The translations under genes and the position numbers were made by a program. Positions 47,948 through 59,559 of a stretch of DNA of 64,000 nucleotides are shown piece after piece. The notes beneath the pieces were generated by a model that worked only from the letters and a program-made list of their open reading frames with translations, ran no database searches and had not been told where the DNA came from. The stretch's first letter is position 1. The number at the start of each line of letters is the position of its first letter. Origin of the DNA: Lepidodermella squamata (lineage: Eukaryota; Animalia; Gastrotricha); the NCBI GenBank assembly GCA_047495785.1, contig JBLDXI010000038.1:248001-312000 (forward strand), given 5' to 3'.

Positions 47948-48943
47948 ATGACGAACCATTCTGGAGCTGAGTTCCAGCAGTTGCTCCGGAGATGCGAAGA
48001 AGCCGAATCGGACAAAACGTTGCTGATGCAATCTCTTCGACAGTATAATCTAGCGTCAATCGTAAGCGAAATGGCTACGCCGAAGTACGTCATGTCAAAA
48101 ATTGGAAATATCCGCATCCGATGCGAACTGGCAACTGAAAATGTCGAAATTGTGTGCGAATTCCAGCATTCTTTCCCGCTGGCTCTAGTTGGTCCAGCTT
48201 GGTTTGTCAGTTTGCGGTTTCGGAACATTTTCACAAATCAAAATTTTGAAACATGCCGACAATTGTCGGGTGATGCTGAGCTGCCGTCGAATCTTCAAGT
48301 TAGCGTCAAACTACCCGTACCTATCCGCCACTTGTCAATGTTGCCGTGGCAGATTGACGTATCGCTGATTTTCAATCCAATCGATCTATTCAACAAGGGC
48401 CCTCAACAAACATTCAAAATTAAAAGAGTACCATGTATTAGCAACTATTTTGTCACAATTTTCGATCTTCTACATCGACTAGAAACAAGCCGATTCGTAA
48501 CACCTCTGAAGCATCTCAAACCTCCATGTGACAACTTGACAGCTTCGAAATTACTATGGCCAGGATATCCAGAATCATGCTGGCGCCAACCTTATGAGGA
48601 AGCGCAATCTTCAGTGGTTGGCACTAAAGCCACTTATGTTGGCCCTCTTGGCACTAAACTTGAAATCCGTTCGAATCGAAGTCATAATAACACTGGTATG
48701 ATGGAATTGGAACTGATATCCAGCGATAGCTATTTATTGAAGCAAGCGATTGATTCGCTGTATGTGCAGTTAGCTGGTTTTTCTTGTGAATCATCGAAAT
48801 GGGGCGCGAAACTAGAGCAAATTTCTAATACCTACTTTCCAGGCGTGTTCGAAAAGGGCATGAACGCTTTTCGGTACGACCGTTATGATCAAAGCTACCT
48901 GCAATCTTATATTGAGGCTTTGATTAATGCATCGCATTTTTGA
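47948..48943 (+). CDS. Single-exon 331-aa protein, tentatively FAAP100 C-terminal-like
   Basis: Long ORF with an acceptor (ttcttag) just upstream of the ATG. It weakly resembles the FAAP100 C-terminal half (coil, IVCEFQHS...AWFVSL, LPWQIDVSLIF, LELISSD). Confidence 0.55.
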   Translation: MTNHSGAEFQQLLRRCEEAESDKTLLMQSLRQYNLASIVSEMATPKYVMSKIGNIRIRCELATENVEIVCEFQHSFPLALVGPAWFVSLRFRNIFTNQNFETCRQLSGDAELPSNLQVSVKLPVPIRHLSMLPWQIDVSLIFNPIDLFNKGPQQTFKIKRVPCISNYFVTIFDLLHRLETSRFVTPLKHLKPPCDNLTASKLLWPGYPESCWRQPYEEAQSSVVGTKATYVGPLGTKLEIRSNRSHNNTGMMELELISSDSYLLKQAIDSLYVQLAGFSCESSKWGAKLEQISNTYFPGVFEKGMNAFRYDRYDQSYLQSYIEALINASHF

Positions 48944-49010
48944 TATTCGAATTGCTATTTTTACGTTATTTTATCCCTTATTTTAACAAATCTTAGAGCT
49001 TTAATTGGAA

Positions 49011-50687
49011 ATGGACGATCCGAAAGTCATTGAGGCGATTGATAAATTGTCTCACTCGGGGGATGTCGACGAATTGCAAACTGCGCTGATGGATTTTTCA
49101 TTGCGCATCGATGCTAATATGTGTTCGCAGGCACTGCGTGAACGTCTTTGGGTGGCTTTGTCGTCGAATCAGCGTTTCTGGCGGTTGTTCTCTGACGAAA
49201 AAGACCCGACTTTGCCTCAAATGGCCGCTCATGCCTTGGCGTCTTTCGCTGGCGACGAATTCCTACTTGGCTGGCCGATTCTAGGCGAAATTCTGCTGAA
49301 ACTTGCCACCCGATTGAAGGACATTCCATCTGAGAAAAAAGCCACCCTTGAGTCATTTGCTCGAGACATTCTTGTACTCTGCTTAGCCTGCTCTCGTCAA
49401 CCAAATCTTCGCTTGCATATTGCTAATTCTATGATCCAAGTCTCAAAGGCTGTGACGCGGCCTAGTTTCATGGCTAATCCGCAATTCTTTCAATATTCTG
49501 TCGATGTCATGCGAAATCTGGCGATGTCTGATAAATGGTACCGCGATGGCGCTGTTCGGTCGGTTTTTACATGGCTGGTTGGATTAGGCCTTCGTCTGTT
49601 TGTCGACGATCAGGCCGCTGAAAAATTTGAATTCGCACGTCAGACTGGACTGGTCATGATCAACTCGGCGCCTCCATCTTCTGCGAAACATCGACAATGT
49701 GTCATCGATTCATTTTTGCCCGAGTCATTGCGAGTTCCTTTAGCTGATTCAATAAGAGCGGTCATGCTGTCGCGGAGTGTCATGCTTTCGAAGCGCCACC
49801 TCTCTGCTTTAGTTGTTTTCAACGCTGGTCTGCAGCGCTGGATGTGCCGAGGGGACGGCGATTTTTGGCTCTTTTCCACCAAATCCAACTTATTCCCATC
49901 GCCTGATGGTATTTTTTACACCTCTTTTTCCTTTCTCACATTTTATTATAATTTTGTAGATATTACAAAGCTGATTCCGATGTTAGCCGTTCAAACATCA
50001 ACCGAATTTGTTCAAATAATTTCCGAAAAACTGGGCGATTCTGGCAAGAAAGTCGATTCTGAAGAAGACCAAGGAATTGCCGCCAGTCTACAACTCATGG
50101 AGGATCTGTTAGCTTTTATCGTATTTCGCAGCGACGATTCGAGTGAAAAGGCTCTGTCTGCCACTGTTCTACTCGAAGCGCATCGCTGTCTGCGAGAAGC
50201 TGCTGTCGGTGCCATTCAGCAGTTGGCCGAGCATGATTTCGAGCAACCTGATAGCTCTGGGATGTACAGCGAAAAAGGCGGTATTATGCTGGCTTGCTTC
50301 AGATGGGCCTGTCGATTTGTTGCGCAAGACGCGGCAACTATGGAAGCTGATACCCTGGCCGCGCTCGTTCGTTACGGCACCGATGGGCTGAGCGCGGTAT
50401 CGCTGCCTACCGTCAACTTAATGCCGATGTTTTTCGCGGCTCTTGGCAACATTTTGTCCCTGAGAGACGATGCGAAGGGCAAAGACATTATTCGACGGTG
50501 TTTCATCGAAAATGGACTTCCGAATTCCACCGTTTTCAAAGCAGATACGTATCTCGAATACCTGTTACTTCTAGTCGACGGGCCGTGGAAGCAGAAAGCT
50601 GTTGAGGTCGAAAGCGAAGAAGGCAAAGAGTTGCTCGATTCGCTGCGGAAAGATCTTTTGGATGTCCGCGAATCGTTGAAAAGCTAA
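49011..50687 (+). CDS. NCDN: Neurochondrin-like protein, with a probable in-frame intron at 49909-49959
   Basis: DELQTALM...RERLWVAL...RLF...ALASFAGD, KLIPMLAVQTSTEF and MLACFRWACRFVAQD fit the neurochondrin pattern. Confidence 0.65.
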   Translation: MDDPKVIEAIDKLSHSGDVDELQTALMDFSLRIDANMCSQALRERLWVALSSNQRFWRLFSDEKDPTLPQMAAHALASFAGDEFLLGWPILGEILLKLATRLKDIPSEKKATLESFARDILVLCLACSRQPNLRLHIANSMIQVSKAVTRPSFMANPQFFQYSVDVMRNLAMSDKWYRDGAVRSVFTWLVGLGLRLFVDDQAAEKFEFARQTGLVMINSAPPSSAKHRQCVIDSFLPESLRVPLADSIRAVMLSRSVMLSKRHLSALVVFNAGLQRWMCRGDGDFWLFSTKSNLFPSPDGIFYTSFSFLTFYYNFVDITKLIPMLAVQTSTEFVQIISEKLGDSGKKVDSEEDQGIAASLQLMEDLLAFIVFRSDDSSEKALSATVLLEAHRCLREAAVGAIQQLAEHDFEQPDSSGMYSEKGGIMLACFRWACRFVAQDAATMEADTLAALVRYGTDGLSAVSLPTVNLMPMFFAALGNILSLRDDAKGKDIIRRCFIENGLPNSTVFKADTYLEYLLLLVDGPWKQKAVEVESEEGKELLDSLRKDLLDVRESLKS

Positions 50688-50887
50688 ATGCTCGATATTT
50701 TTTTCAAATGACAATATTTACTTATAGCGATGAAATAAAACAGTTAGTGATAAAACGGAGGTTAGACTTTTTTCTTTGCTATTATGCGGAGATAACAGCA
50801 CAAGCGATAAGAATTCTCTGTTCTCGGTCGAAATATTCTCAGTTTAGCGCTGGACATTAAATCGTGTCTTTTGGTTCTTTCGTTAAC

Positions 50888-51691
50888 ATGGAAACAGACT
50901 CAGCTGTTATTGAGGTTGAGGCGAAAATGCCTAATTTGACAATTGAAACATACGAGCCAAACGTATTCACGAAGTTAATGGATTTGGCCTCCCGGGGCAA
51001 TACTTTGGCAATCAGAGATTTGCTAGACAGTGGTGCGTGCGATGTTAATGAACTAGATCGAGAAGATCCGCATGGCTGGACGGCGTTGATCCTGGCCGTG
51101 GTTAATAGTCAAACAGAGACGAGTCGCTTTTTAATTGAGCGTGGCTCAAATATTCATCATAGAGACATCAGTGGCTGGTCGGCCTTGCTGTTTGCCGTTA
51201 GAAATCAAGATATTGAAACGACAAAAATGCTGCTTCAACTTGGCGCTGATGTGAATGGCGCCAACGGCGAGTTTGGCTTGACGGCTCTGATGATGGCTTC
51301 GCGTTATGGAATGGAAGATATCTGCAAGCTCCTTTTGGAAAACGGCGCAGACGTAGCTGTGGAAAACATGTTCGGCTGGACGGCATTGACGTTCGCCGCT
51401 GCCAACGGGCACACTGACACGGCGCTTTTGCTGATAGGCCATGGGGCCAAAGTTGATCAAAAGACAACGAAAACTTGGGGAGATTTCGTGGTAAAGGCAG
51501 ATCGAAAGGGTTGGTCACCCATGCGGATCGCCGCTCGAAATGGTCATGAAGAGACTGTTAAATTTCTCATTTCTTCGGGTGCTCGAGTAAGTAACACCTA
51601 AATTGATGTGTAACTTGTTCAACTGTTATTACAGCCTTACGGCTCATCAGCATTTGATTTCATTTTTGATTTTCCAAACTCCATGAAATAA
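50888..51691 (+). CDS. Ankyrin-repeat protein. Exons 50888-51586, 51635-51691
   Basis: Several G.TAL..A...G ankyrin repeats. The GTAAGT donor at 51587 and TTACAG acceptor at 51634 give a short final exon. Confidence 0.85.
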
Positions 51692-51834
51692 AAGTGATGA
51701 GGATACGAGCTATTCGTTGTAAACACGCGTTTTGGGGCGAATCGTGTTTTTTCTATTCTTCTCTCAAAAGAGCGGGAAATTTAACATTTCATTTTTTAAA
51801 TTGCATCGGTATCAATTGCATTGCTTGTTAAAGA

Positions 51835-52491
51835 ATGGTTCCTTGGAATGGAGTGATGGGGATTGCCCTGTCAAGCTTTTTTATATTAGTTGCCACTGCA
51901 CTATTTGTTTGTGTTTTATACGAGTGGCTAATCGAGCAGTCGGCCAATTCGTCACCTCAGACCGTTCCTCCAACGCCTCCGACACAGACGCCACCTACCC
52001 AGACACCTAGAACACAAACCCCGTCAACTACAGAGACCACTACTTCAAGTCCGGGTACAACGTCTCAGAGTACCACGTCTTCAACGACATCTTCAACCAC
52101 TACAACGGCAAACAGAAGTTGAAACTTTCCAATGCATCTGAACTGGTTAACTTAATTGCGTGGTTTTTTTAGCTACCACAACATCTAGAAGGACAACGAC
52201 GCGCTCTAGCACCACAACCACGACGACTCGCCAGACGACCACCACGTCTACTACCACAACGACAACGTCAAGTATGAACTTATTTTTTTGATCAATATAT
52301 TTAACCATTCTGCAACGTTTTCTTTTTTTAAAGAACCTCCCAATGATACAAATGACACCAATTCAACGTCCACTTCCACGACTACACGGCTAACGCCAAT
52401 ATCACAACTGCTCAATTCCGACAGTAACCGAGAGTCAGCAGGATTGAAGCAGCTAATCGAATGGCTGGGAATGTTCGTTAATGGGTTCTGA
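51835..52491 (+). CDS. Small Thr-rich mucin-like protein with an N-terminal TM anchor. Exons 51835-52117, 52173-52271, 52333-52491
   Basis: Hydrophobic segment IALSSFFILVATALFVCVLY; Thr/Ser/Pro runs stay in frame across two phase-1 introns. Confidence 0.7.
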
Positions 52492-53103
52492 TCATTTCCT
52501 CGTGCAACCAGTGTTTTTGACTGCTGTCAGAGACTTATTCCCCGAAAGTATTTTTTCCCAAATAAATAAAAGAACAATTGGTTAAGTCAGTCTCGGTCAA
52601 CTTTATTTTTAATACCAAAATTATTGAGAGTACGTTGTTTATGAAATCCGCCATGTGCGTTTTAAGCCAAAACAGAGGCATCGATGGAAATCAACTGAAT
52701 GACACGAATAATGGCTGGCTAGCGCAGCCAGTGGACCAGAGCGAGCTTCAACATAAGTATAAAGACGGACCTCAAATTTATTTACACAGCGAAACGATTT
52801 CGAATATGATTTATGGATACGCAGTTCTGTGTTTCACGTAAAACAGTTCTGGATATTAGCATAAACTAGCCTCAGTTGAATTGCGAACAATGTTGATATG
52901 ATTAATTCGAAGCTACTAGGATACTGTTGAAGCACACATTTACGAAATCAAAAACACGCATAACGAAATCAGTAAAAAGAGCCGCAGAAACAGAGCAGGA
53001 ACTTCCATAACTCACAGAAACTGTCACTGGGTATCCATGCTTAATTCAACAATATGCAAGATGGCGACGAATGAACGATTTATTATTGGTCGACGTCGCT
53101 AGT

Positions 53104-54345
53104 TTATGCTGTATCAGTCTGAAAGAAATGAATCAATTATTCCGTGCACACTTTACCGCCATTTGTAACTAACCTGCATCCTGTATTCTTCCATCTGCTT
53201 GTCGAGGTCTTCTTTGCTGAGAGCGGGTCCAGTACGGCCTCCACGTCCGCGACCACCTCGTCCGCCTCGGGCACCTCCTCGGCCACGCGCTCCGCCACCA
53301 TTCGCCGCGCCGCCAGAGCTTGCTCGACCACCACCACCACCACGCTTATTACGGTTGAAACCTCCGCGATTAGGTGCGCTACCAATCCTGGATAATCATC
53401 GAGTACAGCCATGACGGTTGAAGTCAAGTTAAGCAAGTAGAGGCTGTTGTACCGACATATACCGGAGCTGCCGCGATGTTATTGCATGGCACAACGCGCG
53501 ATCAGCTGGCGGGAGTTGGCCCAAACAAGCCAATAAAATAATTCTCAAAAATTAATGTACGACTATTACTTGCATAGTCGTACGACGACGCTTAGCTAGC
53601 TGTCGTTTGTCATGTGGCATAGCCACTTCATGTTGAGAATTTATTACCACAGATCTCTACCGAGATCATTCAATAAGCTGTGCGTTGTGCTCACCTTGAA
53701 GCCAAGCTTGCAGGTTTCGGGGCGCCACCGACGACTGCCACGTGCATGGCTCTTCCTACATTTCCCATAAATAGATGAGACTTGGTAGATAGTAGATAGC
53801 ACAAAACACCAACCGTCGAGAAGACGGCCGTTATATTCATTAACGGCAGCAAGAGCTTCCTTCTGATTGCGATACACGACATCAGCTGTTCCTTGGGATC
53901 GCCCGTTGGCATCGTAGTGAACGCAAGCCTTAACAATATGGCCGCAGCGGCTGAAGAGCTCCTGGATATGACACGCAAATTAGCCAACGTTACACATAAA
54001 CAGGAAACCACATCGACTAACATTGATATCTTGATCGTTTACACCGAAGTCAAGGTTGGAAATGGCTAAGCGAGCTGGTCCGGCAGGCGCACTGGCCGCG
54101 CCGTTTGACTTGTCATGCTGCCATTTTCCCGAGCCCAGAGTACGACTCTTCAAGGGCGACTGAGAATTCAGTCGCTTCATTCCAGGCTTAGCGCCTCCTC
54201 GGCCTCCGCGATTTCCCGATCGTCCACGAAACCCAGAACCACCTCTATTGCCGCCACGGTTACCACCACGGCCTCCAGGTCCCTTCGATTTCTTGTTCTG
54301 CTTGATGATGTCATCCAGCCCAAGTTCAAGCTTAGCTGTCGCCAT
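53104..54345 (-). CDS. ALYREF: mRNA export adaptor ALYREF/THOC4/Yra1. Exons 54345-54022, 53961-53814, 53755-53695, 53387-53174, 53118-53104
   Basis: N-terminal UBM (LELGLDDII), KWQHD, RRM (ISNLDFGVNDQDINELF...VHYD..GRS.GTADV), RGG region and C-terminal UBM (SKEDLDKQMEEY). Confidence 0.95.
53532..53645 (-). other. Structured intronic RNA element (four-way junction) in ALYREF intron 3
   Basis: An outer 9-bp stem AATTCTCAA/TTGAGAATT encloses three hairpins, including a perfect 10-bp GTACGACTAT/ATAGTCGTAC stem. Confidence 0.7.
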
Positions 54346-55468
54346 AGTTAGTATTCGGAATTCGGAATGAAATTCAAGAACTATTCAAATGAGGGGATGC
54401 AAAGTTAGCACTAATTGCAGATCAAAAAAGGTGCGGGACGAGGATGAATCACAGGTGATGGAGCGATGACGTGAAAAGACAAACCTTGCTTACGAATGGC
54501 GTTGAACGAAGCATCGGGCGCGCAACGCATTTTCAAAATGGCGTTTAAAAACAATGAATTAAAGTTTATTATTTAATTTTTAAGTACTTAATGATATTTT
54601 TTATATTAAATGTGATGCTCATTTGAGTTGGCGCGGGTAAAATATTTGAATTATTGATGGATGTTTCGGTAAAAACGAACCCTACCGCCTGGCCCTCGAG
54701 CTGTGGAACCTATCATGGTCCCAAATGAAAAGCCGGAACTCAAGTACACAGCGAGTAGATGACTGAATTCGCAGATCCTCCTTTCGTTTCTATTCAAACC
54801 CAACGATTCTTTTTGTTTGGTGATGATAAAGTATTGACTAGTTAAGTTGTGGCGTCTTTCGTCTTTTCGACTGGTGCTCTAATCTCGATTCTCGATTTTC
54901 GATCAGCTAATTTTATGTCCATCTAGAATTGTCTAGAAGTATGCGTGCTCGTTTGTTTGTATCGTAAAGTAGGAAAACAAAATACTGTCTACCGGCCTAC
55001 CTTCGCGCTAGATCCAAATATTGCAATATAGTCCATACTCTGAATCCTTTTAATTACTGTATTTTGTTGCAATGTAATGGAAACAAATAAAGATGATGAA
55101 AGATGAAGAGAATCTCAACTTGGAATATGTTGGCCACCCGCGCGGTTCGGACCTGCTTAAAAATGCAACGTAGTACCTTCTAATCTGGATTTCGCTTTGG
55201 TTAGCCTGACAATGCGTTAGATGTGCATTGATACATCATATCTTTAAAATTACTGCCGCCTTATGAGGCAATGTTGTTCACTCGTTGCTATCTCAGTTTT
55301 CTTCGAAGTATATTTTTTAAGATCTGTTTTCGGCTTTGTTTTGGTTTTTCTGTAGGGAAATGAGTGAGAGACTGTTTCGTTGCGGCTATTCACAGTGCTT
55401 CGGCGTGGGTTCTTTATTTGGTTTTTATTATCTATAGGTATTAACTAGTATTGTTGACAGCATAAATA

Positions 55469-56415
55469 ATGGCGAACGGCCCTGTTGCTTGTTCTGATGA
55501 AGTCTGTGATAAATGCCGATCTAAATGCGACGAACTAACCGCCAAATTAAAAGAACAAATGAAAATCAACAGCGATTTAAAAAATCTTCTTGTCGGTGCT
55601 GTTGGGGGCTCGGATGTTGGTGTGTTGATCGAAAACATGGCCAGGGATAAAATTACACTTGATCGCGAACTAAGTGAGGTGAAAACGCAAGTCGAAAAAG
55701 GTACCGATGATATTGACAATCTGACTGCTCAAGCCGACACCTGGCGCAGCAAATACCTTGCCTTGAAAATAGCACTCAAGGTGGGTTAATCACATCTTTT
55801 ATTTTACTTCTGTTCTCTAGTAATACTTGCCTTTGCTAATTTTTCGAAATCTATTCGGGCATATTTATTTACATATCTCGTGTAGAGATAAATGCGAATA
55901 CGTCTAATTTAAATGACCTCATTATAATGCAGGAAGCCCTTACATGGAAAGCGACTGCATCCAGGCAAATTGAAGAAATGCAATCGGCGCTTGGTGAGCT
56001 CATGGCAGACCATGATCGAATCTGGGCGTCTACTTCTTTCACCTATGCTGCTTTGGCTGTTCTTTGTAAGCAAAGTGCCGAGGGCTTGTGTTACATACCT
56101 GAGAATAAATTGCATGGAAACGTTATTCACATAAGTGATGTCAATCTTAAACTGGCTCGATGTTTGTTGACGGTATTTGGTAAGACGCCGATTTCTAACG
56201 CAGTTTTACTAGAAAGGCAGCCGACATCCGAACCTACCGCTGCTGCTCGGAAAGCTTCTGGTTTGCTTGCAGCACTTTACAAAATGCAAAATTCCGACAT
56301 ACAAACTGCTCATTCACGGGACGTGTTGGTTGAACGTTTCCATCCTTCTGTACCACGGCCGGATTCCGATGGGCCAAGGTGCAGAGGTTGCGTCGGAAAC
56401 ATCATTGTCTTGTAG
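55469..56415 (+). CDS. BLZF1: Golgin-45. Exons 55469-55780, 55933-56415
   Basis: QMKINSDLKNLLVGAVG, DTWRSKYLA and the C-terminal C..C.G.I.VL motif. Confidence 0.85.
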
Positions 56416-56635
56416 GCGTTCTGTTTTATTACTTGACGGATTTCTGAAGAATTCTAACCACTTTGTGCATGGCTGGCATGTTCTCGTTGATATTTAAATT
56501 TGAAAGATGTTCGTTGTGCATTTACCATGACAAATAATCTGTCTTTCCGCATAACAAATAAAAGTCCCAATTTTACGAGATATCTAGCCATTTTCGTTTC
56601 CCTAAATTTCGTATTTTTTAGGAGACTTATTGACA

Positions 56636-58083
56636 ATGTTACGCCGAGTCACTAGCCAAGGCATTCGAATCTCGAATGCTCTGTTTGCCAAGCACCAAAG
56701 CGGTCAGGTCACGCTTTGCCGTAATATGTCTCATTTCCCGATCAATGATGACTTTTACGGGTTGTCACCCGAGCAAAAGGAATTTCGCAATGTAAGATTT
56801 TCAATACCGTCTTCAAAATTCCACCAACCAATCCCATTTTAGACTGTTTTCAACTTTTGCCAAAAAGAATTGGCTCCTCATGCGGACAGGATAGACAAAG
56901 AAAACAAGTTCGACCAATTCAGGCCGTTCTGGCGGAAGCTTGGTGATATGGGTCTGCTGGGAGTCACCGTCCCTACGGAGTACGGTGGCACTCAACTCGG
57001 CTACCTCGACCACGTCATTGCGGGCGAAGAAATTAGCCGCGTCTCCGCTTCCATTGGTCTATCTTACGGTGCCCATTCAAATCTTTGCGTCAATCAGCTC
57101 CGAGTTCATGGAAACGAACATCAGAAGAAAAAGTACTTACCGAAGCTATGCAGCGGCGAATTCGTTGGAGCGTTGGCCATGTCTGAGCCGAACAGTGGAT
57201 CTGACGTCGTTTCTATGCGGCTTCGAGCGGAGAAAAAGGGCGACCATTACGTTCTTAACGGTTCGAAGTTCTGGATTACGAACGGGCCTGAAGCTGATGT
57301 TCTCATTGTATACGCAAAAACCGATCTTTCTGTTGAGGCTAAACATGGAATAACAGCTTTTATCATTGAAAAAGATATGCCGGGCTTCAAAGCAGCTCAG
57401 TATCTTGATAAACTAGGAATGCGTGGCTCTCCAACCTCCGAGCTCGTATTCGAAAATGTCAAAGTTCCCGGTAGGTTTTGATCTATACGCGTAATAACTC
57501 ATGGATTTATTATTCTAACTTTAGTTGAAAACGTCATGGGCCCTGTAAATAAGGGTGTCTTCGTTTTGATGAGCGGGCTTGATATTGAGCGTGCCGTGCT
57601 TTGCGCTGGACCTCTCGGAATCATGCAGGCAAGTTGCGACGTTGCTTTTGACTACGCTCATACACGCGAGGCATTCGGTCAAAAAATTGGAACCTATCAA
57701 TTGCTTCAGGTTTGTTTCCATCTAAACACTAACAATATTCAGTATCGACGGTTGAATTTCAGGGCAAAATGGCTGACATGTACGCTGCCTTGGCTTCTTG
57801 TCGGTCATATACCTACAACGTTCTGCGTCAACTCGACCGCGGAGAGCGCTCAAATCGCGACTGTGCGGCTTGTATTTTGCTGGTTTCTGAAACCGCGACG
57901 AAAGTTGCTCTCGATGCTATTCAAATTCTGGGAGGCAACGGTTACATCAATGACTACCCGACTGGTCGCTTCCTTCGCGACGCCAAGTTGTTCGAAATCG
58001 GCGCTGGAACAAGTGAGGTTCGTCGCCTCATTGTCGGACGCAGTATCAACGCCGAGTACATGAAAATGAGCAAGAGTGGTTGA
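56636..58083 (+). CDS. IVD: Isovaleryl-CoA dehydrogenase, mitochondrial. Exons 56636-56791, 56843-57470, 57525-57709, 57763-58083
   Basis: [47 protein letters not shown] (IVD-type catalytic Glu) and [11 protein letters not shown]. Confidence 0.97.
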
Positions 58084-58320
58084 AACCAGCTCGTTCTACT
58101 TGAAAAGTGACTGCACCATGATTTTCTTCCCAAAAATGAATTAAAGATCTATGACTCTGTCCGGTTGTTGTCTCTCAAAAGAATAAAATATTTTCGAATT
58201 CACGCATGGTTTCCTTAGGAAATTGACTTTCTCAGTTGAATTTAAGTTTACTCCGTATTTCAAGTTCTCGTTTTATAGCGCAATAAATTCGAGTTGTCAG
58301 TGTAATATAGTCTTGTGTGC

Positions 58321-58621
58321 TCAGCAAAGTTTGACGCCGCAAACCGGCAGCATTACTATGAGTACGATAGCTATCAACAGACAAGCAGCCAGGCAAACCA
58401 AAACGATTATGAATATCATGCCAGGTTCCTGAATCATTTCTGCATACAAAATTATTACACAATAAGAAACTTCACAATGAGAAACACTCACTATCCGCAT
58501 TGCTTCTTTCAACCCGCGAAATGATGACTTCGCCCGCATTGTTGAATGTACCACAGTTGCTAAGAACAACTGACCACAGCAGTATGAGAGCAGTCAGCAT
58601 AATACAAGCCTTTTGCCACAT
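58321..58621 (-). CDS. Unannotated 82-aa single-pass membrane microprotein. Exons 58621-58492, 58439-58321
   Basis: MWQKACIMLTALILLWSVVLSNCG signal peptide, RVERS, a 52-nt GTGAGT..TGCAG intron, then a long hydrophobic segment ending CGVKLC*. Confidence 0.7.
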
Positions 58622-58968
58622 TTCGAGAAGTACTTCACTACTACTTTTTTAATAAACTCGGATGGCCTTTTGTTTGTTACCTTTTCAAAAACACTTGCGC
58701 AATCACAACTTCCTTTATTGTTTTCAATTCATTCTATAGGACTGCGTTAGTAACGCTAGGACTTGCAACTAAGGTTTAACACATCATTCTTTCAGGATTT
58801 GATGGGGCAATCTTTTCAAATGGCGGGCGGCAGTGCGGCTGATTAAAGCGAACTCAATTATTCAACGCCCTGATTTATGGTTCGAACAGTCATCGGGGAA
58901 AGCTATGTGCTCATCATCGGTAATCAACGTCTTTTCGTCAGCTTATCGTTTATAATTTCATAGTTATT

Positions 58969-59559
58969 TTAATGGTTGACAATGCGCTTGCCGAGTTCGG
59001 CGCCGCCGCCGTTGTAGTACCACGAGTGCGGCCAGTGGGTCGGCTTCTCGGGGTTCGGCACACCGTCGGGGAAGTAGGCTTTCATCAGCTCGTGGCTCAT
59101 TTCTTCCGGCTTAGGCAGCTTGTCGAACCATTGGACAAGTTTCTTATAAAACTCAATGTCCGAATTAACTTTGGCAACGCCCAACTTGACTTTTTCAGCG
59201 ACCGCGGCCTCTTCCTTGGTCAGGCGATCAACGCTCTTATCAACATCGCTCGGATATGGGATGGATAGGGCCTTGTACTGAAACAAATATCGATGATAGC
59301 TTACGTAAATTTTATTCGAGAATTCCAATCAAACCTGTTTTTCGAATTCTCCGACCATTGATTGAGCCGACTGAATGGCTTTGCGGTAGTGCTCAAAGTT
59401 GATTGCCGGCAGTTTTTCCGGGTTGCTGTGGATCCTGAAAACCAGGTTGTCAGTGCGAGTCTTCAGTGCCTTGTAGAATTCTCGATGGTTCTCCGGCAGC
59501 TTGGCGGCAAAAGCTGCCCAGTCAACGGCGGTCTGAGCCACACGGCGCGAAGCAGCCAT
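58969..59559 (-). CDS. ATP5PD: ATP synthase peripheral stalk subunit d. Exons 59559-59335, 59277-58969
   Basis: MAASRRVAQTAVDWAAFA, PEKLPAINFEHY, FEKQ|YKALSIPYP and KPTHWPH. Confidence 0.96.

Noticed and set aside
51634-51650. Minus-strand CTGATGA-GCC-GTAA-GGC resembling a hammerhead half
   Set aside because: No GAAA or stem III follows, and it lies in the last coding exon of the ankyrin gene.
55093-55169. Possible upstream coding exon of golgin-45
   Set aside because: Splicing to the acceptors at 55437 or 55460 gives immediate stops.
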